This document shows, in pieces, positions 1 to 10,578 of a stretch of 64,000 nt of DNA. Origin of the DNA: Spirochaetia bacterium (GTDB lineage: Bacteria; Spirochaetota; Spirochaetia; UBA9216). Every line of letters starts with the position of its first letter. Position 1 is the stretch's first letter. The stretch spans positions 416,001-480,000 of the forward strand of contig OY776510.1 of assembly GCA_963675665.1 (NCBI GenBank), written 5' to 3'. Under the pieces are notes generated by a model that was not told the origin of the DNA, searched no databases, and was given only the letters and a program-made list of their open reading frames with translations. The translations under genes and the position numbers were made by a program.

Positions 1-517
1 TTGCACACGCCGCAAAAGCATCCAGATCAAGGACCTGCATTGTCGGGTTCGCCATAGTTTCCGCATAGAGGACTTTCGTATTCGGACGCATTGCCTTGTC
101 GATGACATCGTCTGAAAAGTCTTCGACAAAAGTGACGTCTATCTTTAATTCTTCAAAGATCATTGTGAATAGTTTGAAAGAACCGCTGTAGATGGTTTTA
201 TAAGCGATGATATGGTCACCGGACTGGGCGGCATTCAGCACCGCCAGCGAAATGGCTGCCATTCCCGACGCTGTTACCAGACAACGCTCAGCGTTTTCAA
301 GACTTGCAATCTTGGCCTGAAGATCATTCTGTGTCGGGTTGCGCGAACGGCCGTAGGTATAAATTCCTTCCTTGTCCCCTGAAAGATAACGTTCCCGGGT
401 CTCGGGGTCCCAGCAGAATGTGCTTGTCATGTGCATGGGAGCAAGCAACGCCCCTGTCGCCGGATCAATCTTCTGTCCGGCATGTACAGCTTTTGTTCCA
501 AATTTCATATTTTCCAA
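1..517 (-). CDS. Cys/Met metabolism PLP-dependent enzyme (cystathionine gamma-synthase/methionine gamma-lyase family), truncated by window edge
   Basis: Manual translation (not in ORF track): MKFGTKAVHAGQ..P.HMTSTF..YGRSRNPT..LENAE..ASGMAAI..ETMANP; TTG at 517 (or ATG 508) after GAGGA. Confidence 0.88.
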   Translation of the reverse strand, partial: MENMKFGTKAVHAGQKIDPATGALLAPMHMTSTFCWDPETRERYLSGDKEGIYTYGRSRNPTQNDLQAKIASLENAERCLVTASGMAAISLAVLNAAQSGDHIIAYKTIYSGSFKLFTMIFEELKIDVTFVEDFSDDVIDKAMRPNTKVLYAETMANPTMQVLDLDAFAACA

Positions 518-519
518 AT

Positions 520-1584
520 CTATTGTCCTCTCTTCTCACTGATTTTTATTGCGATTTTGATGTGTTCGGGCCCGTTTTTTATCAGTTCCTCAAACCCGTC
601 TTCAACAAGCGTATCAAGGGTTACTTCACGGGTAATCAATTCATCCGCCCCTATAAGACCCTTTGAAAAATAGTCCAGTGCAGTTCCTATTTCATCAAGA
701 TGCGCCTGCGATGTATACAATTTTCTCTCGCCTTCCTGAAAATCATTCATCCTGAAAACCGGCGGCTCTTCAAACACACCCATCACCATTAATTGGGCGC
801 CCGGTTTCATCACGCTTATACAGCTGTCAAGCGTGCGCTGAGAACCGACGCATTCATAAACTACATCTGCATTTTTATTATCAGACCATTCGGCTACAGC
901 CTCATTAAGATCTGTTTTAACAACATCAATATATCTGCCGCCGTAGCTCTCAACAAGAGCCTTCCGATCTTCGCCCACACCGGCAACAAGAACCTTCCCT
1001 GCCCCTGCGAGTTTTGCGGCGAAAAAACATCCCAGTCCGATAATTCCCGGACCTACGATCACAACATCTTTGCCTTTTATGTCTCCAAGCAAACTCGTTG
1101 AATGTATGCCGCATGCGATCGGTTCCGCCAGGACAGCCTGACGAAGGGTTACGTCATCGGGTATTTTAAACAGACGCGAGGCTTCAACTTCTACATATTC
1201 CGCGAAGGCGCCGTCGAGGTTCACTCCGAGAAACCCGAGTTTTTCACAGACATTGTAACGGCCGCTTCTGCACATCTCGCATTTTCCGCAGCAAAGCGTT
1301 CCATTCGCTGTTACCCGGTCTGAAATTTTCCAACCGGAGACACCCTCGCCGACGGCACTGATTACTCCGGTAAATTCATGACCTATGGTCAAAGGCGCCA
1401 TTTTGCCTGTCAAACGGTGCGGTTTTGTTGTCGGTATAAAATTGGGTCCGGTATATTCATGCCGATCGGTTCCGCATATTCCCGCCCATACAACCTCAAT
1501 AACAACATGTCCCGGTTTGGGCTCCGGTACAGGGAGATCGCTGATTCGGATATCCTTGTATCCGTGCCAGACAGCAGCTTTCAT
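520..1584 (-). CDS. Zn-dependent medium-chain dehydrogenase (butanediol/sorbitol dehydrogenase-like)
   Basis: GICGTD, GHE, CGKCEMCRSGRYNVC structural Zn cluster, GPGIIG Rossmann motif. Confidence 0.88.
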   Translation of the reverse strand: MKAAVWHGYKDIRISDLPVPEPKPGHVVIEVVWAGICGTDRHEYTGPNFIPTTKPHRLTGKMAPLTIGHEFTGVISAVGEGVSGWKISDRVTANGTLCCGKCEMCRSGRYNVCEKLGFLGVNLDGAFAEYVEVEASRLFKIPDDVTLRQAVLAEPIACGIHSTSLLGDIKGKDVVIVGPGIIGLGCFFAAKLAGAGKVLVAGVGEDRKALVESYGGRYIDVVKTDLNEAVAEWSDNKNADVVYECVGSQRTLDSCISVMKPGAQLMVMGVFEEPPVFRMNDFQEGERKLYTSQAHLDEIGTALDYFSKGLIGADELITREVTLDTLVEDGFEELIKNGPEHIKIAIKISEKRGQ

Positions 1585-2567
1585 TATTCGGCACCTCCGG
1601 ACAACAATTTATTGAACAGGTCCTGAAGTATTTTCCCCGGTTTGGCCTCGGTTCCCGTAACAAAATCTGCGGGGATTTTTTCCTTCACAAATTTCATTGC
1701 CCCATTGATAAACGCAATGGAAGCCTTGCAGGCCTCTTCGGGGTCGTCCCGGTAGGGGTATTGATCCAGAGAATACCATCCGTCGTACCCGAGCTTATCC
1801 ATCCAGTAGAAAAACTCAAAAAACTGCAGCCAGTGTACGCTTCCGACAGGCATATCATCATCAACAATACGGTAATTATCATTAACATGTATATGAAATA
1901 ATCTTTTCTGCGAAAAAAGAATCGCTGCGACTTCAGCCGGGTTTTCTCCCGCATTTAGCGCATGTCCCATATCCAGCGTTATGCCTACGTTATCGCATCC
2001 GGTTGATTGTGCAGCAGCCAATGCCATTCCGGCATTCTTGATCATGCAGCTCATTTTGGGCTCGGAAACTTTATACTCAAGCCCGAGATTTATCTGCGAA
2101 TTATGCCCTGCGCATTCTTTCAGGGATTCTATTAAATACTGATAAGCCTTTACATAATCATTCTGAAACAGATAATCAAACCCGTCCTGACCTAACCATA
2201 AAGACACGGTTTTCACGCCGATTGACGCGGCAAAATCCATCGCCTTTTTTACAAGTTCTACCGATTTGCGTCTTCTTTCGGGATCAACAGCCGAAAGAGA
2301 ACCGTCTTTCCATTCCTTGTCGCATACAAGCTCAACGCCCATTCCGATAATACTCAACCCGGCCTTATCAAGTACCGGTTTAACACTGTTCCAGTTATCT
2401 TCGCTTACATCGCAGGGGTATGTGATTTCCATACCGGTTACGCCTTTCAGCCTTGAGATAGCGTGGATACGCTCCTCAAAGTTCATATATTCCTTGTAAC
2501 CGTTGCCGACATAGCGATCGGTTCCCATTCCGTAAACCCATGCGCCGACGCTCAGCTTATTATTCAT
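1584..2567 (-). CDS. Xylose isomerase-like TIM-barrel sugar isomerase/epimerase
   Basis: WLGQDG, LEYKVSEP, TLDMGH, HIHVNDN..DDD, LDQYP metal-binding motifs. Confidence 0.82.
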   Translation of the reverse strand: MNNKLSVGAWVYGMGTDRYVGNGYKEYMNFEERIHAISRLKGVTGMEITYPCDVSEDNWNSVKPVLDKAGLSIIGMGVELVCDKEWKDGSLSAVDPERRRKSVELVKKAMDFAASIGVKTVSLWLGQDGFDYLFQNDYVKAYQYLIESLKECAGHNSQINLGLEYKVSEPKMSCMIKNAGMALAAAQSTGCDNVGITLDMGHALNAGENPAEVAAILFSQKRLFHIHVNDNYRIVDDDMPVGSVHWLQFFEFFYWMDKLGYDGWYSLDQYPYRDDPEEACKASIAFINGAMKFVKEKIPADFVTGTEAKPGKILQDLFNKLLSGGAE

Positions 2568-2574
2568 ATTAATT

Positions 2575-3480
2575 CTACCTGTCCTTTATTTCATCTTTGC
2601 CCGGCAGAAACCCTTCATCGTAGAGGATCTCCGCCACCCATGCTGCGCTTGTTCCTACAACAGCCGGACACTTATCCAGAGTATGCGCCCCGGCTGCCTC
2701 AAAGGCTTCTTTTTCATCCGGTTTTGTAATATGAAAAGCCCTGCCGAATATATCCCTGTGGATGTCATGGCAGATTACACTACCGTAAGTTTCAATATAT
2801 TTTTTATGCAGTTTACCCACCAACAAAGTCGTCAGGTCCTTTTCTTCCTTGTCCCCGTCAAAAAACTCCTTGCGTCTTCCCGCAAACATGCCCAGGGACA
2901 AAATTCCTCCGCTGTATCCGCCGCAGACGCCGTCTCCGAGTAATCCCATTCCTGCGGCAAATCCATTGGCTGCGCGAAACATGGTTAAATCCTCTTTTCC
3001 GGTAACATCGGAAACGGCCGCCATGTGACATTGTGCACAACCCCGAAAGGCCTGCTCATAGTAATGCCCCCTGCGATACGCTTTTTTCATAAGTTCTGTT
3101 TTAAAAACATCCTTAATCCCCAAATCAGGCAGGTTATTATACGATTCGGCTACCATCTGTATCAGTTCAACTTCATATTCAATCCCGCAGTATTTCCGGA
3201 CAGCGGCCCTAATACCGTTTTCACTGATAAATTCCGCAGCATCGTCGCTCCGTACAGCCATCCATACTGCTATGACTTTGGCGGTGTAAAAAGGATATTC
3301 CCCTGCAAGCCGGATTGATTTTGCCGCCGCTGTAAGTTTTTTGGGTATAACAGGAGAATCATCCGCCGGATTTATGCTGTCCGCCTCTCCGCCCGAGGCC
3401 TTTACCTCGTTTTTCATCAGGGTTATAAGCGAATCTACTTCTTTGGCGTCCAATATTACTGTTTGTTTCTTATCCGTCAT
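2575..3480 (-). CDS. C_GCAxxG_C_C family putative redox protein with N-terminal extension
   Basis: GCAQC, GVCGGYSGG, VICHDI, KCPAVV motifs in the C-terminal ~170 aa. Confidence 0.78.
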   Translation of the reverse strand: MTDKKQTVILDAKEVDSLITLMKNEVKASGGEADSINPADDSPVIPKKLTAAAKSIRLAGEYPFYTAKVIAVWMAVRSDDAAEFISENGIRAAVRKYCGIEYEVELIQMVAESYNNLPDLGIKDVFKTELMKKAYRRGHYYEQAFRGCAQCHMAAVSDVTGKEDLTMFRAANGFAAGMGLLGDGVCGGYSGGILSLGMFAGRRKEFFDGDKEEKDLTTLLVGKLHKKYIETYGSVICHDIHRDIFGRAFHITKPDEKEAFEAAGAHTLDKCPAVVGTSAAWVAEILYDEGFLPGKDEIKDR

Positions 3481-3503
3481 TATTTAAAAACTCCTGCAGA
3501 AAG

Positions 3504-4538
3504 CTAATTCTCCGGGTCCAGTAAAACCTTCAAACCTTCCCTGTCCTTTACCGTGCGCAGCGCTTCTTCCCACTGCGACAACGGAAATACATGCGACACA
3601 ATTGCGTCAGTGTTGATTTTACCAAGCTGTACCAGGCGTATGGCTTTTTCCCAGGCGGTCGGAATCTGCGCATGGGACCCCTCAACAGTAAGTTCTTTCT
3701 TTTTTATATTATGAAAATCGATTGTAATTTCACTGTTAAAAATTCCCATCGGGACAAATGTCCCGCGTCTTGCAATAATATCCATTGCAAGCTTCACTGC
3801 AGGAGTCGCGCCTGTTGCTTCAACTACAACATCAGCGCCGTAACCTTCGGTTGCATCTTTGACGATCTGCATAACATCATCAGTTTCAACATCCACTACC
3901 TTGTCGATACCAAGAGTGAGGGCCAGCTCCAGGCGGGTTTTATCCGAACTTGTTCCGCCGACAATAACGTACGCTCCCTGCGCCTTTGCTGTCTGAGCTG
4001 CAAACAAACCTATAGGCCCCGGGCCAAGAATTACAACGACGCTTCCGGCATTAACTACAGTTCTTTCGGTAAGAGCATGAACTCCGCAGGCCAGCGGTTC
4101 GATACAGGCTCCCTGGTCAAAACTCAGGTCGTCGGGAAGGTGCATTACGCTCAATGCACGGTTGACCACATATTCGGCAAATCCGCCGTTTGCCGCCGAA
4201 CCAATTCCCTTTCGCTCAGGGCAGTGGTTATACTCACCCCTTTTACAGAATCTGCATTTTCCGCAAACATGATATGTAGTCTGCGTAATAACACGATCAC
4301 CGATAGCAAACCCGCTGACGCCGTCTCCGATAGCATCGATTACTCCGGCTATCTCATGGCCCAGAACTACCGGCGGCTTTAACGCAAAACCGCCCTCGTT
4401 AATGTATATATTATCTGTCTGACAGATTCCCGATCGTTTAATCTTGATTCTTACCTGTCCTTCACCCGGTTCAGGGGTATCAATCTCGGTAAAAATAATA
4501 TTCCCCGGCTCAATTTTTGTTTTCACTAATGCGCGCAT
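3504..4538 (-). CDS. Zn-dependent dehydrogenase (L-iditol/threonine dehydrogenase-like)
   Basis: GICQTD, GHE, CGKCRFCKRGEYNHC, GPGPIG. Confidence 0.88.
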   Translation of the reverse strand: MRALVKTKIEPGNIIFTEIDTPEPGEGQVRIKIKRSGICQTDNIYINEGGFALKPPVVLGHEIAGVIDAIGDGVSGFAIGDRVITQTTYHVCGKCRFCKRGEYNHCPERKGIGSAANGGFAEYVVNRALSVMHLPDDLSFDQGACIEPLACGVHALTERTVVNAGSVVVILGPGPIGLFAAQTAKAQGAYVIVGGTSSDKTRLELALTLGIDKVVDVETDDVMQIVKDATEGYGADVVVEATGATPAVKLAMDIIARRGTFVPMGIFNSEITIDFHNIKKKELTVEGSHAQIPTAWEKAIRLVQLGKINTDAIVSHVFPLSQWEEALRTVKDREGLKVLLDPEN

Positions 4539-4564
4539 ATATTCTCTCCATAATTTAAGTAAAA

Positions 4565-6043
4565 TCAGATTTCAGTTGATCGCCATTTCCAGTAATCACC
4601 CATGTTTTCTTTCAGGTTTAAAAACTTTTGATATAAAGCTTCAAATCTCCCGGCATCCGCCGGATCCGGAACGAATAAATCCGAATCTTCTTCACAGGCA
4701 TCCGGATTATCATCAATTCCAAGGCCAATCTTTATCACTTCAACGATTCCCCTCGCTCCATACTCCCCGCGGTTCAATCGCATTACATTTTTGTTAAGCG
4801 CATGGGCAATCAGCTGGCAGTTCAGATCGCTTGCAGCGCCCCCTCCCGACAGATAAATATTTCCGTCAGCCTCCGGCAGAGCCGTATAACAGTCCTTTAC
4901 TGAAAGAACCATCCCTTCAACAACCGCGCGAAGCATATCAAACCTGGTATGCTTCGCCGTCAGACCGTAAAATCCTCCGCAGGCAAACGGGTTCCTGAAA
5001 GGCGCCCGTTCTCCGCGGATGTAAGGATGATAGATTATCCCCCTGCTTCCGGTCGGAACTTCCGAGAGCGTTTTATTCAGATCCTCGAAACACATGTCTG
5101 GCGCAAGGATCTCTTTAGCCCAGTCAACGGTTGATGTACCGCTGAGAGCGGCCATTACCCTTAGATATTTACCGGGATAAATACTGCAAAGCGCACTGCC
5201 GGCTCTGTCGGAGGTATTCACAGATTCTTCATCAATCAGAACATCATTACAGAGGGTTGTTCCGAGGATCGTACAGCTGTCACCGGATTTTGTAACCCCG
5301 GCGCCTATTGAAGCCGCAACAACATCAATAACGCCCGCAACCACCGGAACCCCCTCGGGAATTCCGGTTTGCTCCATTGCCGCCCTGTTTACTTTGCCGA
5401 CAATATCTGTAGGAGCCGCGAGGGGCGGCAGCATTGCTTTCGTCTCGCCGATATTAAGCAAATCAAACATTTCAGGAACATATTCATGACTGAAAATATT
5501 GATTCCGCAGGTTGAAAAATCCGTGTAATCGCTTGCAATATTCCCGGTCAATTTAAAATTAAGCCAGTCTTTGCATCTGAAGACCTTGTCTATATCAGCA
5601 TATCTGCCCGGCTGGTTCTCTTTAATCCATCTCAGAATAAGCGGGAATGCCCCGGAAAAAAGAGCCGTTGATGAATTCTGCACCAGAAAGCTGTCCAGCT
5701 CTTCTTCGTTAATATTTTTTAAAACTTTAGTACGGGTGTCGTTCCATAAGACAGCATTGCCGGCCGGCCGGCCGTGCCTGTTAACAGCCCACAAACCATC
5801 GCCCTGGGCTGAAATTCCCGTACCGGCAATTTGCTTCCAGGCCTCCGGGTTTCTGAGTTTAAGACGTTTTGTAAAACCGCAAAGCCTGGTCCAAAGATCA
5901 TCCATATCCATTTCAGCAGCGCCTTCAAAAGGCATTTTAACCTCTGCGGAACCGCTTTCCATGTCTATGATGGAACCGTCGGAATCAGCAAGAACTACCT
6001 TAACATTGGTTGTTCCGACATCCATTCCTAAAAGTATCGCCAT
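4565..6043 (-). CDS. FGGY-family carbohydrate kinase
   Basis: GMDVGTTNVK, SAQGDG, WNDTR, GERAP, SGGGA motifs. Confidence 0.9.
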   Translation of the reverse strand: MAILLGMDVGTTNVKVVLADSDGSIIDMESGSAEVKMPFEGAAEMDMDDLWTRLCGFTKRLKLRNPEAWKQIAGTGISAQGDGLWAVNRHGRPAGNAVLWNDTRTKVLKNINEEELDSFLVQNSSTALFSGAFPLILRWIKENQPGRYADIDKVFRCKDWLNFKLTGNIASDYTDFSTCGINIFSHEYVPEMFDLLNIGETKAMLPPLAAPTDIVGKVNRAAMEQTGIPEGVPVVAGVIDVVAASIGAGVTKSGDSCTILGTTLCNDVLIDEESVNTSDRAGSALCSIYPGKYLRVMAALSGTSTVDWAKEILAPDMCFEDLNKTLSEVPTGSRGIIYHPYIRGERAPFRNPFACGGFYGLTAKHTRFDMLRAVVEGMVLSVKDCYTALPEADGNIYLSGGGAASDLNCQLIAHALNKNVMRLNRGEYGARGIVEVIKIGLGIDDNPDACEEDSDLFVPDPADAGRFEALYQKFLNLKENMGDYWKWRSTEI

Positions 6044-6049
6044 TTACCG

Positions 6050-6751
6050 TTATTCCCCTAAATATGCCTTACTCAATGAATTATCGGCCAATATTTCATC
6101 CCGGGTTCCGCATTTTTCAATATTTCCAACCGAAAGGATATAGGCCCTGTCGCAGATGGATAATGCCTTAAAGGCATTCTGCTCAACAATCATGATTGCT
6201 GTTCCTGCTTTATTTATTTCAGTAAGGATATCAAAAATCTGATTTACAATAATAGGAGCAAGACCCAATGACGGTTCATCCAGCAGCATAAGCTTCGGCC
6301 GGGCCATAATTCCGCGGCTGATTGCCAGCATCTGCTGTTCTCCTCCGCTTAAATGCCCTCCGTACTGGTTTTCTCTTTCTTCCAGGCGCGGAAAAAGTTT
6401 ATGGACCCTGTCGAGATCCTCTTTTATTCCCTTTATGTCCGTTCTCAAATATGCCCCTACCATGAGATTGTCCCGGACTGTCAGGTGTGTAAAAATCTGA
6501 CGCCCCTCCGGAACATGTACAAGGCCTGTACCGACAACGGCATAATCGCGCTTCGGAACAGGGTTTCCCATAAAGGTTATACTTCCTGCAGTCGGTTTTA
6601 CAACCGAAGAAATACAATTTAACAGGGTAGACTTGCCTGCTCCGTTTGAACCGAGAACGGCAACAACTTCCCCCTCGTTGACCTCGAGCGAAACACCCTT
6701 CAGAGCTTTAATTCCGCCGTAAGCAGCATGCAGGTTATCAATCTTAAGCAT
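6050..6751 (-). CDS. livF: Branched-chain amino acid-type ABC transporter ATPase
   Basis: GSNGAGKS, VPEGRQIF, LSGGEQQM, LDEPSLGLAP, VEQN. Confidence 0.9.
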   Translation of the reverse strand: MLKIDNLHAAYGGIKALKGVSLEVNEGEVVAVLGSNGAGKSTLLNCISSVVKPTAGSITFMGNPVPKRDYAVVGTGLVHVPEGRQIFTHLTVRDNLMVGAYLRTDIKGIKEDLDRVHKLFPRLEERENQYGGHLSGGEQQMLAISRGIMARPKLMLLDEPSLGLAPIIVNQIFDILTEINKAGTAIMIVEQNAFKALSICDRAYILSVGNIEKCGTRDEILADNSLSKAYLGE

Positions 6752-7517
6752 TTTCCGCTCCTCCTAAATACGCCTCAATTACATGCTCATTACTTTTTAC
6801 TTCCGCCGGTGTACCTGCAGCAATGGTTTTACCGAAGTTAAGAACCGTCACGCAGTCGCACAGGTTTGTTACTACATCCATATGGTGTTCAATCATCAGA
6901 ATCGTCAGATTGAAATTATTCTTGATTTCCAGAATGAATCCTACAAGCTCTTCCGATTCATCCGAGTTCATTCCGGCAGCCGGTTCATCCAGCAGTAAAA
7001 GACTGGGATTGAGAGCTATTGCCCTTGCTATTTCCAGTTTCCGCTGGTGCCCGTAAGGAAGCTTGCATGCAACATCATTATGATTATTCTCAAGCCCCAC
7101 CGCCTCAAGAAGCTTCATTGCTTTTTCTTCTATGCCTTTCTCAATTCTGCGGTATCGCGGTGATCTTAAAAAAGCATCGATATAATTATATTTGGCATCC
7201 ATGCTGCTGGCCAGAATTACATTCTGCAGCACGCTCAGATTTGAAAACAGGCGTATATTCTGAAATGTTCGCCCGATTCCGTATTGAGCTATTCTATAGG
7301 GTTTATTGCCGGTGATATCTTTTTCGTTAAAAATAATAGTACCGCTGCACGGCGCCAGAATCCCGGTTATGTTATTAAAAATCGTTGTTTTACCGGCGCC
7401 GTTGGGTCCTATCAGTCCATGAATTTTACCCGGTTCAATCACAACGCTGAAATCATCAATTGCCCTTACGCCTCCAAAATTCTTGGTTACGTTCTTTATT
7501 TCCAGTACTGGCGTCAT
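6744..7517 (-). CDS. livG: Branched-chain amino acid-type ABC transporter ATPase
   Basis: GPNGAGKT, RTFQNIRLF, LPYG, LDEPAAG, IEHHM, VIEAYLG. Confidence 0.9.
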   Translation of the reverse strand: MTPVLEIKNVTKNFGGVRAIDDFSVVIEPGKIHGLIGPNGAGKTTIFNNITGILAPCSGTIIFNEKDITGNKPYRIAQYGIGRTFQNIRLFSNLSVLQNVILASSMDAKYNYIDAFLRSPRYRRIEKGIEEKAMKLLEAVGLENNHNDVACKLPYGHQRKLEIARAIALNPSLLLLDEPAAGMNSDESEELVGFILEIKNNFNLTILMIEHHMDVVTNLCDCVTVLNFGKTIAAGTPAEVKSNEHVIEAYLGGAENA

Positions 7518-8431
7518 TATTTTTTGACCCCCATATCACATACGGATTCCGCTTCCTTTTTGCCGGAAGCTTTATCTCCAATTCCTCTAAAAAAAGCTAT
7601 TATCCTTCGAATTGAAAATTCTCTGTATCCGAACAAGCCGGACGGCCGCATGGTTATAATCAGAACAACCGCAATTCCGTAGAAAAACATTCTGTAGTTT
7701 GCGAATGATCTGAAAATCTCCGGAAGAAGTGTAACGACCAGAGAGCCGAAAATGGAACCGGTCAGACTTCCCAGCCCGCCGATAACTACCGTTATTGTAA
7801 GCTCGGCAGATTTCGGCAGATTAAACATAATCGGAGACAGAAACATCAGGTTGTGTGCATAAAGGGCGCCGGCCCAGCCGGCCAGCATTGCACTGAATAC
7901 AAAAGCAAGTTTCTTGCTTTTGGTTACGTCTATACCGACAGCTTCAGCTGCTATTTCCTGTTCTCTTATGGCGGTAAAATTTCTGCCGTATTTCGAATGA
8001 ATAAGCGTCCATGCTATTATTACAGTCAGCACAAGACTCACAACAGCAATAGGCAGAGTTGTATACTTCGGGATTCCCGACAAGCCTATTGCTCCACCGG
8101 TCACAGGTTTTATGTAATTAAATAAAACCCTTACCATTTCTCCGAACCCCAGGGTTGTTATCAAAAAGTAATCTCCCTGCAATTTCAGAGTCAGGGAACC
8201 CAGTAAATAAGCAATAAAACCTGCAGCAAGGATACCCACCAGAATGGCAGGAATAAACGGGATGCCCATCTTTGTGGTTAATAATGCGGAAGCATATGCT
8301 CCAATCGACATAAATCCGGCGTTTCCGAAAGAAAACAACCTGGTAAATCCCGTCAGAACCGAGACGCCTAAAACGGCTATCATATTAATACATACAAGAA
8401 TTATTATGCCTTGTGTATAATCAGAAAACAT
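7517..8431 (-). CDS. livM: Branched-chain amino acid-type ABC transporter permease
   Basis: SFGNAGFMSIGAY, GDYFLITTLGFGE, AIREQEIAAEAVG, GGLGS. Confidence 0.9.
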   Translation of the reverse strand: MFSDYTQGIIILVCINMIAVLGVSVLTGFTRLFSFGNAGFMSIGAYASALLTTKMGIPFIPAILVGILAAGFIAYLLGSLTLKLQGDYFLITTLGFGEMVRVLFNYIKPVTGGAIGLSGIPKYTTLPIAVVSLVLTVIIAWTLIHSKYGRNFTAIREQEIAAEAVGIDVTKSKKLAFVFSAMLAGWAGALYAHNLMFLSPIMFNLPKSAELTITVVIGGLGSLTGSIFGSLVVTLLPEIFRSFANYRMFFYGIAVVLIITMRPSGLFGYREFSIRRIIAFFRGIGDKASGKKEAESVCDMGVKK

Positions 8432-8448
8432 AGTTTCAAGACTCCTTT

Positions 8449-9321
8449 TTAGGCTTTTTCTTCAACAGTAACACCCATCAAACCGCTGGGTTTAATCAGT
8501 AAGATAGCTATCAGAAGGGCAAAGGTGATCAAGTCTCTAAGTCCCGAGTTTAAATACCCCGAAACCATTGTTTCCGTGATCCCTATTACAATAGCGCCCA
8601 CAATAGCTCCCCTGACACTTCCAAGCCCTCCGAATACTGAAGCTATGAATGCCTTTAATCCGATATTTCCCATAGTCGGATATACATTGTACTTCAATCC
8701 AAGAAGCACTCCCGCAACTCCGGCCAGCGCGCCGGCGATAGCAAACACCAGTGCGAACATTTTATTGATATTAATTCCCAGAAGTCCCGCAGTAGAGCTG
8801 TTTGAAGCAATTGCCCTGATACCGAGTCCTACTTTGGTCTTTGTGATAATGACTTCAAGTATTATCAGCGCTACAGCGGCTACAATCAAAGTTAATAAAT
8901 CCAGTACGCCGACATGGACATTTCCGATAGGTATCGAGGATACGGGAAGAACCGGCGGATATTTTTGAAATTTGGCGCCGAATACAAGCATTGACCCGTT
9001 CTGAAAAACAATTGAAAGCCCCATTGCAGCTATCATCAAAAACATTGTCGGAGATTTGTTTTCCCGAATACGGCGATATGCCAGTCTCTCGTTAAGAAAA
9101 CTAATAAGCCCTGCACCCAGAATACCTATAACGGCTGCGGCTACAAACGGCAGCTGCAGGGATGCTACGAATATCAAAGCTACATATGCGCCCAGCATCG
9201 CGACCTCACCATGAGCCCAGTTTGAAAAGCCCAGAAGACTGTAGATAAGGGCATAACCGGAAGCAATCAGTGCATATACGCCGCCGACCGAAATTCCGTT
9301 TACCAGTTGCTGTAGAAACAT
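8449..9321 (-). CDS. livH: Branched-chain amino acid-type ABC transporter permease
   Basis: QQLVNG..G.VYALIA.GY, NWAHGE, KAFIASVFGGLGS, KPSGL. Confidence 0.9.
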   Translation of the reverse strand: MFLQQLVNGISVGGVYALIASGYALIYSLLGFSNWAHGEVAMLGAYVALIFVASLQLPFVAAAVIGILGAGLISFLNERLAYRRIRENKSPTMFLMIAAMGLSIVFQNGSMLVFGAKFQKYPPVLPVSSIPIGNVHVGVLDLLTLIVAAVALIILEVIITKTKVGLGIRAIASNSSTAGLLGININKMFALVFAIAGALAGVAGVLLGLKYNVYPTMGNIGLKAFIASVFGGLGSVRGAIVGAIVIGITETMVSGYLNSGLRDLITFALLIAILLIKPSGLMGVTVEEKA

Positions 9322-9348
9322 ATATCTTACCTCTCGTTAATTACAAGA

Positions 9349-9380
9349 CAAGAGAGAGGAAGAGGTCCTCCCCTCTCTTG
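9349..9380 (-). terminator. Stem-loop between binding-protein gene and permease (partial terminator or mRNA stabiliser)
   Basis: mRNA CAAGAGAGGGGAGGA-CC-UCUUCCUCUCUCUUG; the two DNA mismatches become G-U pairs only on the minus strand. Confidence 0.6.
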
Positions 9381-9423
9381 TTTGTTTTATTTCAATAAAA
9401 TCTTTAAATCGATCAATAATGAT

Positions 9424-10578
9424 CTACTGGTACATCTCTACGAGTACTTCTTTTGCACCTTCAATTGTGAAGATTGCAAGCTCTCTCTGCGGGTTATGTG
9501 TTGCGGGATCTATAGACATATCACCCAGTAATCCGCTGAAATAAGTAGTATTTTCGAGACCTTCCCTGATAGCTTCAGAATCAGCAGAACCTGCTTCTTC
9601 TATTACCTGGGCCAGCCAGAGCACACCGTCGTTTCCGTAAAGACATTCTGCTTCAAGAGCTATATTGTATTCTTCCTGGTATTCAGCTCCGTACCGCATT
9701 GCTTCGGGAGTATTGAACCCGGGTCTTGAACAGAAAAGAGCACCTTCGAGCGCGCCTTCGGCCAGTGTAGGAAGTTCCATCGAATCCCAGCCGTCAAAAC
9801 CGACAAACTGACATGTAAGACCCAGTTCTCTTGCCTGCTTGCTGATAAGAGCAACATCGTTATAGATCCACGGAATAAAAAGGATTTCAGGATTGGCTTT
9901 TTTAATCTTTGAAAGTTGTGCCCTGAAGTCATTATCACCTGTATTGGCTTCTTCAGCTGCTACTATTTTCCCTCCGCCTGCTTCGAAAGCATCAATAGTG
10001 AACTCAGTAAGGCCCGAAGAGTATGAATCGCCTATATTTGTTAATATAGCTGCTGTTTTTACCCCTTTATTCAACATGTACTGTGCCATCTTTGCACCCT
10101 GAAATGAATCAATAAAGCAAAGGCGGAAAGAGTACGGGTGGAGTTTTCCGTTTTCATCTACAGTTACCAGATCGTTAGAAGCTGCGGTAGCAATTACCGG
10201 AACCTTTTTAACATCTGCAACAGCGGCAATAGGAATATTACAGCTGGAGAAGTTTGTTCCGACAACAGCGGCTACTTTGTATTCGTCAACAAGCTTGTTA
10301 TAAGCGTTAACTGAATCCTGAGGATCTCCGCGGCCGTCAAGACCTATTACTTCAATCTGTTTGCCCAATACGCCGCCGGCCTCATTGACTTTTTTGGCAG
10401 TCATAAGCATACCGTTAAGGCCGGCCTGACCCCAAAGCGCTGTGTCGCCGGAGAGAGCGGAGACGTAACCTATTTTTATGGTATCACCATCCGCTGAACT
10501 CTGATCCTCGCCCTGGCCGCCTGCAAAGACGACAGAAGCAATGCTTAATACAAGCAAGATCATCACAAGTTTCTTCAT
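9424..10578 (-). CDS. Leu/Ile/Val-type ABC substrate-binding protein
   Basis: Signal peptide, IKIG..ALSG, VNEAGGVLGK, FRLCFID, DFRAQLSKIK. Confidence 0.9.
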   Translation of the reverse strand: MKKLVMILLVLSIASVVFAGGQGEDQSSADGDTIKIGYVSALSGDTALWGQAGLNGMLMTAKKVNEAGGVLGKQIEVIGLDGRGDPQDSVNAYNKLVDEYKVAAVVGTNFSSCNIPIAAVADVKKVPVIATAASNDLVTVDENGKLHPYSFRLCFIDSFQGAKMAQYMLNKGVKTAAILTNIGDSYSSGLTEFTIDAFEAGGGKIVAAEEANTGDNDFRAQLSKIKKANPEILFIPWIYNDVALISKQARELGLTCQFVGFDGWDSMELPTLAEGALEGALFCSRPGFNTPEAMRYGAEYQEEYNIALEAECLYGNDGVLWLAQVIEEAGSADSEAIREGLENTTYFSGLLGDMSIDPATHNPQRELAIFTIEGAKEVLVEMYQ

